Shown here one piece after another: positions 27,348 through 38,281 of a stretch of 64,000 nt of DNA. This DNA is from Perna viridis. Its lineage: Eukaryota. How positions within the stretch are numbered: position 1 is the first letter of the stretch; every line of letters starts with the position of its first letter. Made by a program: the position numbers and the translations under genes. The DNA lies in the NCBI GenBank assembly GCA_037379345.1, contig CM074511.1:18600001-18664000 (forward strand), written 5' to 3'. The notes under the pieces are model-generated. The model saw nothing but the letters and a program-made list of their open reading frames with translations. It did no database searches and was not told where the DNA came from.

Positions 27348-27593
27348 CTGCTGTGGTATTCGATAGGAGTAGAAACCTTTGCGCTCCGCCACAGGAGGCT
27401 AAATTGCCCGACCCTACCCACCTCTCCCTATTTTCAGTGGCAATCAAAATTTGTCGACCTCATTGTTCTTGTGTCCCATTCCTTTCTCATTTCATAATTA
27501 TTTCATGTTCATGTTATCATCAACTTCATGTTCATCGTCTGGATATAGCTGAAATATTGTTGCTCGGACGTTAAAACCCAACAAACAAACAAA
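27346..27593 (+). mobile_element. 3' half of SINE-like copy (duplicate of ~20755-21005)
   Basis: Starts at ACCCTGCTGTGGTATTCG; retains the tail and right TSD ACCATTCTGATGTA. Confidence 0.9.
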
Positions 27594-29032
27594 CCATTCT
27601 GATGTACAATAATCAGACTTCTTACTTAATCAATATTTCTAATTTGGTAAGCAACTATATTAAGTTGCTTAACTTTGAATAAGAGAGTTTACAATCTAAA
27701 AAAAAATGTAGTAGTCAATGGCCAGGAGGTCCACCGTGCAATCACACTCATCAACATGACGTGTTGTATTTATATTTATTCCTCTTTAAAGTTTTCTTAT
27801 CAAATTTATGAGATATCTTCTATTTTAATAAGATATCTTAAAAATTTATAAAATATCTTATAAATTTTATGAGATATGTCATATAATGTACAGTTAAGAT
27901 ATCTTTTTAAATATTTGAAATATTTGATAAAGTATGTAGATATCGTATTAAGCTGATAAAATATTTTATATTAAAAACGTTCATAAAATATCTTATAAAG
28001 TGTTGAGATTTCTTATAAAGTTTATGATGTCTTTTAAGTTTTGCTTTATAAGATATCTCATAAACCTTATAAGATATCTTATTAACATTTTTAATATAAG
28101 ATATATGGCACGCCATATTTATTACATGTTCAGAGATATCCTACAAATATTATTATCTTATATTAAAAACATAAATAAGATATTTTATAAAGTTTATGAG
28201 AGATTTCTTATATACATGTACTATAAAATATATCTCGTATATTTAATGAGATCTTTTAAAGAAAAAAAACATATAATATATTTTCAAGATGTCTTATGAA
28301 AGATATAATATATCTCATAAACTTCAGAAGATATTTCATAAACTTTATAAGATATCCCATAAACTTTAGATATACATTGTAACAAATGAAATGAAAAAAA
28401 ATGATCAGAAATGGCTGCATTTCGTTTACCGTTTGTCCGGAATAAGATATTCGATAGGCCTGTTATCTTACTCCACAATATGGGGCCCATACCTGATACT
28501 TGATACCAAGTATCAAGAGGCTGCGATTGGTAGTTTCTGAGTCTTACCAAAGTATTTTCCCTTACATATTAATGAAAAAAATCTTGTATATTAATAAGAA
28601 AATTTTGAATAAAAATCGAAAGTGAGGAATTTTGCAACACATAACTTGCCATATCAGTGTGTTTCGATAAAATAATTATAATGTGGGAGGTGTACATTTA
28701 AATGTGATTTGATATTTTTATATCCCAAACAAGGAAGAGTAACAACAAAGAAGGATATACAAGTCATAGTCGTATATACGGCATGTGACTTCGTTTTCTT
28801 GCCACTCCAAGTAGAAGAATATTGTAAGTTAATCTGTTTACTGTGCTTCATGTAAAAGGCAATCTTCTTGCAGGTAGATTGGTCACTGTTCAATCTTCTT
28901 ACTGGTAGATAGGTCACTGTTCACTTTTATGTTTGATACTTGATAGTGTTTTGTGTGTTTAATGTTGATGTGGTATCTATATGCATGTAGTTGTTTATGG
29001 TTTGTTAGTTTTGTCCATACCCTCCCTAAAAT

Positions 29033-29489
29033 CCCCGTGCAGGTCCGGGTGATAAAAGAATAGGCCTGCAGCAGCGCTAAGCTTGTCGTAAAAGGTGACT
29101 AAATAGTGCTCAAAACCCTAGCCGGGGGCTAGGGCGCTCTGCCCACAGAGCAACTGGGGTGTGTGCCCCAGGTGGTGGAATGGGGTACCCCTGGCATGTT
29201 ACATGCTGGGGTTATCAGGCTATAATACGGAAAACCTGACCGCAAACCATAGTGGTGCACCGTGTTGGGAAAGATGCCACGTTCCTCGCACGTTAAAGAA
29301 CCCTGCTGTGGTATTCTCCCGGAGTAGGAACCATAGGGCTCCGCCACAGGAGGCTAAATTGCTCGACCCTATCCACCTCTCCCTATTTCCAGTGGCAATC
29401 AAAATTTGTCGACCCCCCATTGTCCTTGTGTCCCATCCCTTTTTCATTTTATCATCATTTCATGTTCATGTTATCATCAATTTCATGTT
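29033..29489 (+). mobile_element. SINE-like copy with intact 5' head, 3' tail lost
   Basis: Aligns to 20486-20940. Confidence 0.85.
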
Positions 29490-29761
29490 AATTGAATTAA
29501 ATGCCGTTCAAAGCAAGGTAAAAAGTATCATGGTGAAAATTTTAATTCTTAGCGATTTAGGGGGGGGCGTACGCCCGGTACGCCAGTCCTTCGATCCGCG
29601 CCTGCTATATAAAGTGTCATACGCTGAATTTCTAAGTATATTATAGACTTTAATAATTAATATATAGAAATAGATATCACTCAATAATCTACAGGAGTGA
29701 AATTCTGCTATGTTTCTATGTAGACTTCGCCAATGGCTTAATGAATATAGATATGAGCCCA

Positions 29762-29773
29762 TTTTCGGTTTCC
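29762..29773 (-). promoter_or_regulatory. ISRE/IRF-like motif upstream of the TLR
   Basis: GGAAACCGAAAA (minus strand) fits GAAANNGAAA, ~150 bp before the ATG. Confidence 0.3.
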
Positions 29774-29918
29774 ATGTGAATATAATATCAAACCCAACGT
29801 AACGTATTGCACGTGTAAGTCAATGATCTGCTCTTAATATATATGTGCATGGTATCTACGAGTTAAGATCAAAAACTAAAAAGTTATCAAATCATATTTA
29901 CAGGTACCAGAGCAACCA

Positions 29919-32330
29919 ATGCCTTGGATAGCTTTGTTCTTGGTCACTGGTACGACCGCAATCATCATATCTACAAACATGGCTGAATTCTGTACCAGCG
30001 AGGGCTTCGACCTTGGCAAATGGGTTAAATGTAAGTACACGAATGGAGGTCGGCTTCAGTACATACCAAAGATGGTTGATGTCACAAGCCTTGAATTTAT
30101 TGGTCATAACTTGTCTTACATTACGAGGGAGACTTTTCGTAATTTGACAAAGTGCGATTTGAAATCTCTTTCTCTTGTGAAGAATGACATCAAATATATT
30201 TCCACGAACGCCTTTTCACAGTTTGAAAGTTTATTCTTCCTTGACCTTGGATTCAACGACAGAGTTTCACTTGTGGCATTAAGAGAGTCGTTTTTCAGTC
30301 TAAACTTGAGAGAAAATGCTACATTGATATTGAGTGGACTTGGTTTAACGGATCGTGATATAACAAAGTTGTTTTCTAAACTCAAGACGAACAATATAAG
30401 ACACCTTTCACTTGCGAACAATAATCTTTCAGCGCTAGATAGTTGTTACTTCAAGAAGTTTTCAAGACTTAACTCGTTACTACTTTCAAATAATCGAATT
30501 AAGACCATTGATTTCTTTTGCAAGCTATCGACAAATTCGTTGATTCTCGAGAACAACCAATTGGCAGTTATTCCTAAATTTTGTATGCTCTCCGAAATCT
30601 TTATACACTTGATTTCCATGGAAAGCGCCGTTCCGGAACTAGTGGAGTTGGACATAAGAAAGAACCACATTTCAATAATATCACCAATGGTGGGGAAATG
30701 CACCCCTAATCTGAAGAAAATCAATCTTTTCGAGAATCCAATACAAAGAATAGCTTCCAGAAGTTTTGAAAGTCTCGAAAATCTCACAGAAATTTTATTA
30801 AGTTCGTGCAATACACAAAAGCCTGGCCAACGGTATCATATTTCCTTTGAAGCGTTAAGTTTTTCCAGTTTTTCACTAGCAAGAATTTTTTTAAGTAATT
30901 TCTCTTTAATAAAAAACCCATCTCAAAACGTTTTTGATGAACTTCCAAATCTTACAACTCTAGACTTGTCACTTTCTGAATTGCCAGAAGACGACCAGTC
31001 TCTCAAGAAGTTATTCAAACCTTTGTCTAATGTCTCAGAGTTATTTCTTTCCGGTATGTCCTGGACAAAATTTCCATGCGCCATATTTACAAGTGTCCCG
31101 AACTTGCACGTAGTCGACTTAAGTTACAATGATATAAAAGAAATTAATCTATCATGTATAAAGACTGCAAGCAACCTCAAATACATGGACATATCTAATA
31201 ACCCGTTTAACTGCTCATGTAAAAACTCGAAACTATTTGTGGGGACGTTTCTTCAGTCGTTAGTCGTAGACTATAACATTTCATTGAAAAACTATCCCGA
31301 CGACTATATCTGTAAAAGCCCTCCATCTAAACAAGGTAAGATTGTTACGGAGGTAGTGTGTCAATCGTTATTCGTGGTAGTCGTATTTTCAATACTAGTC
31401 ACAGTTGTGGCGTGTGGATCGATCGTTGTGGTTGCTTTTCGAACAAGATTTTACTTGAAGTTTTGGCTGTATAAACTCAGCCGTTCTTTAACAAAATGGC
31501 CTAGTAACCAGCTATGTTATAACAGCGATGCTATTTTTGATGGATTTGTGATTTTCAGCGAACATGACAAGCCATGGATCATGAAACATCTCTTAAAGTT
31601 TTTGGAAGAAAAACACAACTTTCGATTGTGTCTACACAATAGAGACTTTGAATATGGAAGGCTGATTCACGATAATATTATAGAAAACATGGGGAAAAGT
31701 AGGAAAATTCTGCTGGTTCTATCTAACAATCTTGCCCAAAGTAAATGGTGTAAGTTTGAGGTCCTTTTAGCTCACGAAAGATTTGTACAAAGTGGACCAG
31801 GTTCTGTGTTGTGTATTAAACTTGAGGAAATTAGCCCAGGTTTCATGACAAACGAATTAGAAATGTTAGTTAGATTTACAACCAATGCCGAGTGGAAACA
31901 CGATACGAAAGAGGAATTCGTAGTAAAACTTATAGATTGCCTTCGAGTAAACGAAAACAATTCTGAAAACAGAAGAAACAATTCACACACCCATGGAGAT
32001 GATACAGTCACAAGTGAGAACAACTGTGTAGATAGTTCTCACATTTCCGTTTTATACAGAAGAAATAGCGATACCGAAAACGAATCCATTCAAATGAGTG
32101 AAACAAACTTACGTTATTTTGACGTCAAAAATGACATCAAGGAATTAAGTGATGTAGTGAAAACTCTCTGTAATCATGTCAATTATTTAGGGGAGACACT
32201 TACAAAGCGAGTAGATTGTCTCGAACTTTCTGTTAAAAATGATATCAGCAGCTTAAGATCGAAAGTAGACAAATTAGAGCAAGATTTAATAGATCTTAAG
32301 AACAACAAAAAAGACGACGACATTGTGTAG
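29919..32330 (+). CDS. Toll-like receptor (single cysteine-cluster type), intronless CDS, 803 aa
   Basis: Signal peptide, multiple LxxLxLxxNxI LRRs, LRR-CT NPFNCSC...YICKSP, TM LFVVVVFSILVTVVACGSIVVVAF, TIR from aa ~540 (FDGFVIFS...LCLHNRDF...SKWCKFE), ~125-aa C-terminal tail. TTTACAG at 29897-29903 may be the acceptor of a 5'UTR intron. Confidence 0.95.
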   Translation: MPWIALFLVTGTTAIIISTNMAEFCTSEGFDLGKWVKCKYTNGGRLQYIPKMVDVTSLEFIGHNLSYITRETFRNLTKCDLKSLSLVKNDIKYISTNAFSQFESLFFLDLGFNDRVSLVALRESFFSLNLRENATLILSGLGLTDRDITKLFSKLKTNNIRHLSLANNNLSALDSCYFKKFSRLNSLLLSNNRIKTIDFFCKLSTNSLILENNQLAVIPKFCMLSEIFIHLISMESAVPELVELDIRKNHISIISPMVGKCTPNLKKINLFENPIQRIASRSFESLENLTEILLSSCNTQKPGQRYHISFEALSFSSFSLARIFLSNFSLIKNPSQNVFDELPNLTTLDLSLSELPEDDQSLKKLFKPLSNVSELFLSGMSWTKFPCAIFTSVPNLHVVDLSYNDIKEINLSCIKTASNLKYMDISNNPFNCSCKNSKLFVGTFLQSLVVDYNISLKNYPDDYICKSPPSKQGKIVTEVVCQSLFVVVVFSILVTVVACGSIVVVAFRTRFYLKFWLYKLSRSLTKWPSNQLCYNSDAIFDGFVIFSEHDKPWIMKHLLKFLEEKHNFRLCLHNRDFEYGRLIHDNIIENMGKSRKILLVLSNNLAQSKWCKFEVLLAHERFVQSGPGSVLCIKLEEISPGFMTNELEMLVRFTTNAEWKHDTKEEFVVKLIDCLRVNENNSENRRNNSHTHGDDTVTSENNCVDSSHISVLYRRNSDTENESIQMSETNLRYFDVKNDIKELSDVVKTLCNHVNYLGETLTKRVDCLELSVKNDISSLRSKVDKLEQDLIDLKNNKKDDDIV

Positions 32331-32986
32331 AGATGGTATCAAATCCAAAGTATGATACAGATAGAGAAGCCTATATGCAAAGTTGAACTCTCCGTTATAC
32401 GCTAATGGCGAGGCAAACACGTTGTGCATGCAGATTAAGCACCAAACAACAACGTATTTATCAGTTATTAGTCTGATAAAAGAATTTTGAATTGAAACAA
32501 TACAAGACAATCTAACAATAACATATACAGAAGAACAAAATCGTTGACAATCAAAGTCTTCTTCGTTTTGGTCACCAAAGAATAAGAATTTATTTCATGT
32601 CTTTGCTCTGGGTTTTTTTTTTGCTGGGTCATCTAGCGCACTACTAAGTTCTTATTAAGCTACTTACTCCCATTTTAACAACTGGTGAAATATGACCGTA
32701 AAAAACTGCGGTAATTGCAGGTTTCGCTCAGGAATTTAACGAGAATTTCTCAGTGGCTATTCCTGAAATTCCGAAAAAGGGGAGGGCCACTGGCCGACCT
32801 AAGGGGACCAACTCCAGCGATTCTCAATTAACCAAACTGATAGAGCATAAGGGGTGCTTCTTCGTGCATTAGCTCAGGAACTTTTGTGTTTCGACCCTTT
32901 TCATCCGTAACTACTATCCAGCATCCTCATATAAAAGAAATATTTAAATTTCTACGCTGTGTTCATTTTTCAAAGGCAGTGAAAGT

Positions 32987-33240
32987 GTAATCAAGGGAAC
33001 CATGGTTATAGCGGTAATCAAAAGAATGTAATCCCGGGACAAAGACCAGAATTGAAAACAGACATACACAACAAAGAACACGAGTAATTAAAATCACACA
33101 TACAAAGTAACAAAAGCAAATGAGCAACTAGGACTCCACTAAAAACTGGGAGCATGGACCAGATACACCGGTAGGGTGAGCGTCCTCTGCTTTTCTAGAA
33201 ACACCCACCAAGTCCGGGGTAGTCGAAAGAGGAAAGGATA
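32987..33240 (-). mobile_element. Retroelement 3' tail homologous to 3947-4220
   Basis: GTAATCAAGGGAACC...CAGACATACACAACAAAGAAC...AAAACTGGGAGCATG shared. Confidence 0.8.
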
Positions 33241-33389
33241 TGGAAAGGAAAGAACACGTGGATACATATCTTGTTATAGGACGAAAGAAACTTCGTTTTA
33301 TTTCTGAACTTGGTAAAAAATATAGATAATACTATCATTGCTATGTTGAACTTTTTGATTGAAAACATATTAACATTTAGCTATAGGTG

Positions 33390-36300
33390 CAGTGCTCAAG
33401 CTACTTGAGAAAAACAGGGAGAAATGACTCTCTTTCAGAGAGACACTAGGGAGAAGTGGGGATGAACAGGGAGAAGTGAATGTGTACGCGCATCATTTAC
33501 TAATGTTTTTTTTTAAATTATATGTGTTACTTACATGCACACAATATAAGCAAGCATTTTCAAATATTCATTTTCTTTTATTGAGATAAATGTTACTGCT
33601 TCTTTAAGCTACATATATAAGTAACTAAATATTTTTGACAAAATAAAATCAGCCTGCTGACTGAATGATTGCCTGTTTCATATATTCATGAAATTGCATT
33701 TCTAATCTATACTTCTATAATCTTCACTTTCTTGTTGTGTATGTCTGTTTTCCATGTCTGGTCTTTGTCCCTGGATTACATTCTTTTGATTACCGCTATA
33801 ACCTTGGTTCCCTTGATTACTCTTTCTCTACCCCTTACCAAGTTTATTACAGCAAAATTTATATATGATTGAGCAAAGCAAAGCTTGTTGCATTGCATTA
33901 TCCTATTGATTTTGTTCTTTTTAGCAGCACTGGAATAAAATTTCAGGCATTGACATTCTGTTGGAATTTTCATTTTCTTCTGTTTTTTTTTTCAGATCCC
34001 ACTTTATCCGTAATGATTTCTTGTTCAAAATATCCATTCTCTTGATATAAGTTGATCAAGAGTGTCAATAATCATATCAAAAATTTATTACTGACATATC
34101 AAGACTTAAACATTATTGACACATATTTTATAGCGGTCGGTACGAACTCGTCTCAAGCTTAAGAAATATTCCGTCGAAATGGAGAATTTACTTTTCTGTA
34201 ATGAAACATTAAGATCAAAAGAAACGCTTCGGGTTTGCTACTGAATTATCAATTAAGATAAATTTAATCTAAGTCCTAAGAACCCACACGACAAATTTGC
34301 ACGTTTCGTAACGAAATGCGAATGGTAAAACATGAATTATCATAAGCTGAATTGAAGAATGTTCGTTCCAAATCCAGTTTTAAACGTTTGAAACAAAAAG
34401 CTGATTAAAATTCTTGCTTGTAACCGATAATTCGATAGATTTCAAAAATTTTTACGATTTATTTTCTCGAACGGGCGCCATTTTTTGTTTGAAGGCACGA
34501 GACCACAATTAATTTTCAAGTGCATTTCAATATACATATTTGAGCAGATTAAAAAAATTCCACCGACGCAAACTGAAAAAAAAACTTCTCTGGCCTAAAG
34601 ATATGTACAAACAGGATTTTATACATATATTGTAGAAAATTTTACCATCATTTTCTGAAATTAATACATATGACCCGGAGATGGGATAAACATGGCAAAT
34701 GAACTGAGTTAAAAGTCCTAAATTTTAACCTTCTTCCACTGAACCAAATCACAACTTCTAGTCAGAATAGGATATGTAAGTCTCGTCGTGTGACCCCGTG
34801 ATTTCACGAGAATGGGTCCTAGTCTACCATTCAAAAGCATGGAGACTTGTCATAAAGAGCGTTGAGTTCAGTGTTGAGGGCAAAACATCTTTTTGTGTAA
34901 AAAATACGGATAAAAATGACAAATATCTATTTCTACATGATAAAGGTATTAAGAAAAAACATAAATTAGAAGATTTTGCATTGTTAGCGTTTCGAGTACC
35001 CTGTAGTAAACAATAAAATTCAGATCGGTCTTCGGTTTTCAATACGTTCTAGGCTAAAAACCACTAATTCCACTTCCCATAGCCTTTTATGCTAATTTCA
35101 CAATATTCAATGGCTTCTCTGGACTTTACCTTAACTTTAACCTGCAGAGGACTATATATCAGCATGATTCTACATATGTCAGCTCACAATCCTCAGAATG
35201 GCATGTGGGGTTAGCAGACTTGCAGTGCAGTACTGGTCACCGGAAGTGAAGGGTCTATAAATAGCATGGGAAATCCCAGTGTTTTCACAAGATAGGGGTA
35301 TATTTAAAAATCATTATGGAGATTAGGCTTCACATCACAAGAAGCAAAATGCACCTATAAAATGTACAGAAATGTTTTTCCTTTCAGAAACTGCTTAAAT
35401 AAGATAAGATGAGAACTATTTTCACAGCACTATGAGGAACAGGGGTAATTTCTGCGTAGGACTATTTTTGCGTACGTTCCAAATGCTCATTGGTTGAATT
35501 GGTGGTCTGTAACCTCTACGTCGTAAATTCCGGTAAAGATAATGAAACTAGAACGAGACTTGCATACCCTATTGATTAATGAAAAAAAAATCGCATGTAA
35601 TTTTAACCTATTTTCTACCAAAACTTAAGCAAATAAGTTACCAGTAAAAATATGAAAAAATGTGGAAGGTACCTACTACCAAAGTTGGAACTATATTCGA
35701 ATACAACGAAAACCGAGGGGAATTAATTGTGTTCTCGTACCTAGTGGTCTCAGTCTTGTACTGTTTGCCCCATAGGCTTCTATAGTATACCTTAAATTTT
35801 CATGATTTTATAAAAAAAAAATACACAAGCAGTTTCAATCTAACTTTTAACCATGTCTTTCAATTAAGGAAATGTCAAAAATAATTTTTAGGTCCATTTT
35901 AGAAAAAAAAGGCACAAACTTTGGTACACCAAGACGGGTCAAACTAAAAATAGACTTTCTACTTTCACTTTTATTTTTAGTTCATAATAATAGACCCCTT
36001 TTCTGAAGCATTATTTTTTCATGAAAACACTGTTTTTCCTCAAAAACAAGTTTATTGTGTCATAGCTTGATATTTACCCTGTACTTTTGATGAAAAATTA
36101 TAGCCATTTGCCAAGAAACAAAAACAGGAAAAGACAAAAAGGAAGCGCACTATAATTTTTAGCCTCCATGTTTAACGTACACCCGCTCAGGAACATGTAA
36201 TACAAGACTGACACCTAGTGTTATCGGAAGAGATATAACTCTGGTCAAAATACCACTAAAAGATGGAGTACAGTCCTGAACATACGCGATGTCTGAAAGT

Positions 36301-36398
36301 GAGAGGGCGACTTCACTTCGCTTTTGGTGTTGTCTGAGGGTGAAGTGAGCGACTCCAGGGCGACTATTTCACCCGAATCACCCAGTAGCGTGAGCCCT
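33390..36398. mobile_element. ~3.0-kb non-autonomous hAT-like DNA transposon
   Basis: Imperfect TIRs CAGTGCTCAAGCTAC / GTAGCGTGAGCCCT; subterminal GGGAGAAGTG and GGGCGACT repeats; TAGGTG on both flanks; no transposase ORF. Confidence 0.6.
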
Positions 36399-37047
36399 TA
36401 GGTGGATAAGTGTTTCATTAGACAACCCTATGTGAATCACTCCACTTGGTGGACATACGGACATACATGAAGAACATACCGTTATTACAATAGATCCAAA
36501 AAGTACACATACTGGAAAAAACAGAGCGAACCCCACCAAAAACCAGAGGTTAACTATACAAGCAAAAGCAAGCTTATTGCTGGAGCTCGGGCCTTTGAAA
36601 CCATTTTTAAAGTATTGTTGGAAAGTCGATGTATTGAGAAAAAATTAAGAAGGAAATAGGGTTAACTCGGATTTGAACATGCTATTGATATTTAGTTAAG
36701 TTTAAAAATTATATAAAAGGATTATCTATGTCTTGTCATTTCGTTTTATATAGTTCAAGAAGCTACTGTTCATCATATAGTTGAGTCCATAGTGTTTTAT
36801 AACTATGAAGTAATGACTTTGTGTGAGTTTTATACTACACATAAGTTATATCACTTCAGAGTGTACCTTAAGGGGATGATCCACAATGTATGGAACTCAG
36901 TAGGAGACATGCATCAAAATTTATATTTTAAATTTTTGTATAGAAAATATTGTATGAATGTTTTGTACTTGTATTTTGCTAATATTTTTTAAAACTGTGA
37001 AACAGTCAGGCAATTGCCATGAACAACATATGCTAGTGAAACCATAA

Positions 37048-37053
37048 TTTATT
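37048..37053 (-). other. Candidate polyadenylation signal of the dynein gene
   Basis: AATAAA on the minus strand ~970 nt past the stop codon. Confidence 0.3.
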
Positions 37054-38019
37054 TTTATAAAACACTGAAATTTTCAGGTATATCACAGACGTTAATGATT
37101 CATATTCTGTATACAACAAAGCTAATCAAAACTCCAGAAACATTCATTTCTTTGTGACGACAAAAAAGAACTTAAGATAAAGTTCAGTGACACTTACATT
37201 ACTTCATCTCTTCCTTAATTTTTTTAGACATTCAATCTTCATACAACCAGATATATTAGCCTAGTTATGTCATCCTAATTTTTGAGGATGTCTTAATTAC
37301 AAAATAACAATCCAATATGACATCCTTATGCATTCATGTAACATTTTCATTACTTGACCATAAGTCAACTGCACAAATTCAACACCTCAAAAACTGGAGT
37401 GAGAAATATTGAATATATAAACCATAAAAATTTGAAAAAAAAAAAACACATTTTAATTCTAGTCAATGAAAATTCCAACTGAAAGTACTGTTCAGGTTTG
37501 ACAAACCAAACCGTCTTTGTAACATTATGTAAACATCAGTAAAAACACTTATGGATGGAATGTTTGTTAATAGAATAAATATAATTAGGAAAAAAAGTTG
37601 TAATAACTTAGAAAATACTGGACGGAATAATGATTATGGATGACTATTAAGTTATGTATACATAAAAAAATATTACAGCTGAACAAATAAAATTTCATCA
37701 TCAGCCAAGTACTTCTATCACCATACCTATCAAAAGAAGCTGTGGTATTAGTACACCAGTGCTTGAAGTATCCATGAAACAGTAATTACTTCCAATACTT
37801 CGCAAAATATAAAAATAAAAACTAAAATAAATACATAAAAAAGAATTGAATATATCACAGCAGAACAATTATAAATAAAAATAACAAAATATGATGGAAA
37901 ATTAAACAAGGTGTATTTCATGTTTTTTAAACCCATTTGTCCATCACAAATGCATAGAGGATGATTGCTTGATAATAAACACAATGTTCAATGTGATAAC
38001 AGCACTAAAACATAACAAA

Positions 38020-38281
38020 CTAGTCATCGAGCTGACAGAGTAGAGCCAGACCACGTTTGATCCAGTGTGACACAGGTTTGTCTGTAGGCAGTAACATAGC
38101 CAACACAAAGTTTGTAGAGTGTCCAGTGGTGGACAACACACCACGTCTCTCACTTGTTTTGTAGATGGGGATCTCATACCGCTTGTCAGATCTGTCAATC
38201 TCTAGTTTCTTGGCTGGTTTGCACCAGATAATTGGCATTGGGTCAAAAAGAATCTTAGGTAGCTGTTCAGTTAAAAGACCC
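38020..38281 (-). CDS. DNAH12: Dynein last coding exon
   Basis: [22 protein letters not shown]...[14 protein letters not shown]. Confidence 0.92.

Larger units (their letters stand above)
22381..28724 (+). repeat. Tandem segmental duplication, copy 2 (~6.3 kb)
   Basis: Starts TATCTCAGTTTACGCCATAC (=14683) and ends GATATTTTTATATC (=22384). Lacks ~18870-19050, ~19723-20753 and ~21786-22023 of copy 1. Confidence 0.95.

Noticed and set aside
19241-29646. Repeated 120-160-aa ORFs (MCPRWWNGVPL...AEILLLGR) that look like a small gene family
   Set aside because: They lie wholly within SINE-like copies, use non-ATG starts and differ by frameshifts; no protein motif
30116-32023. Antisense ORFs over the TLR (and similar ones over dynein exons)
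   Set aside because: Shadow frames of real coding sequence
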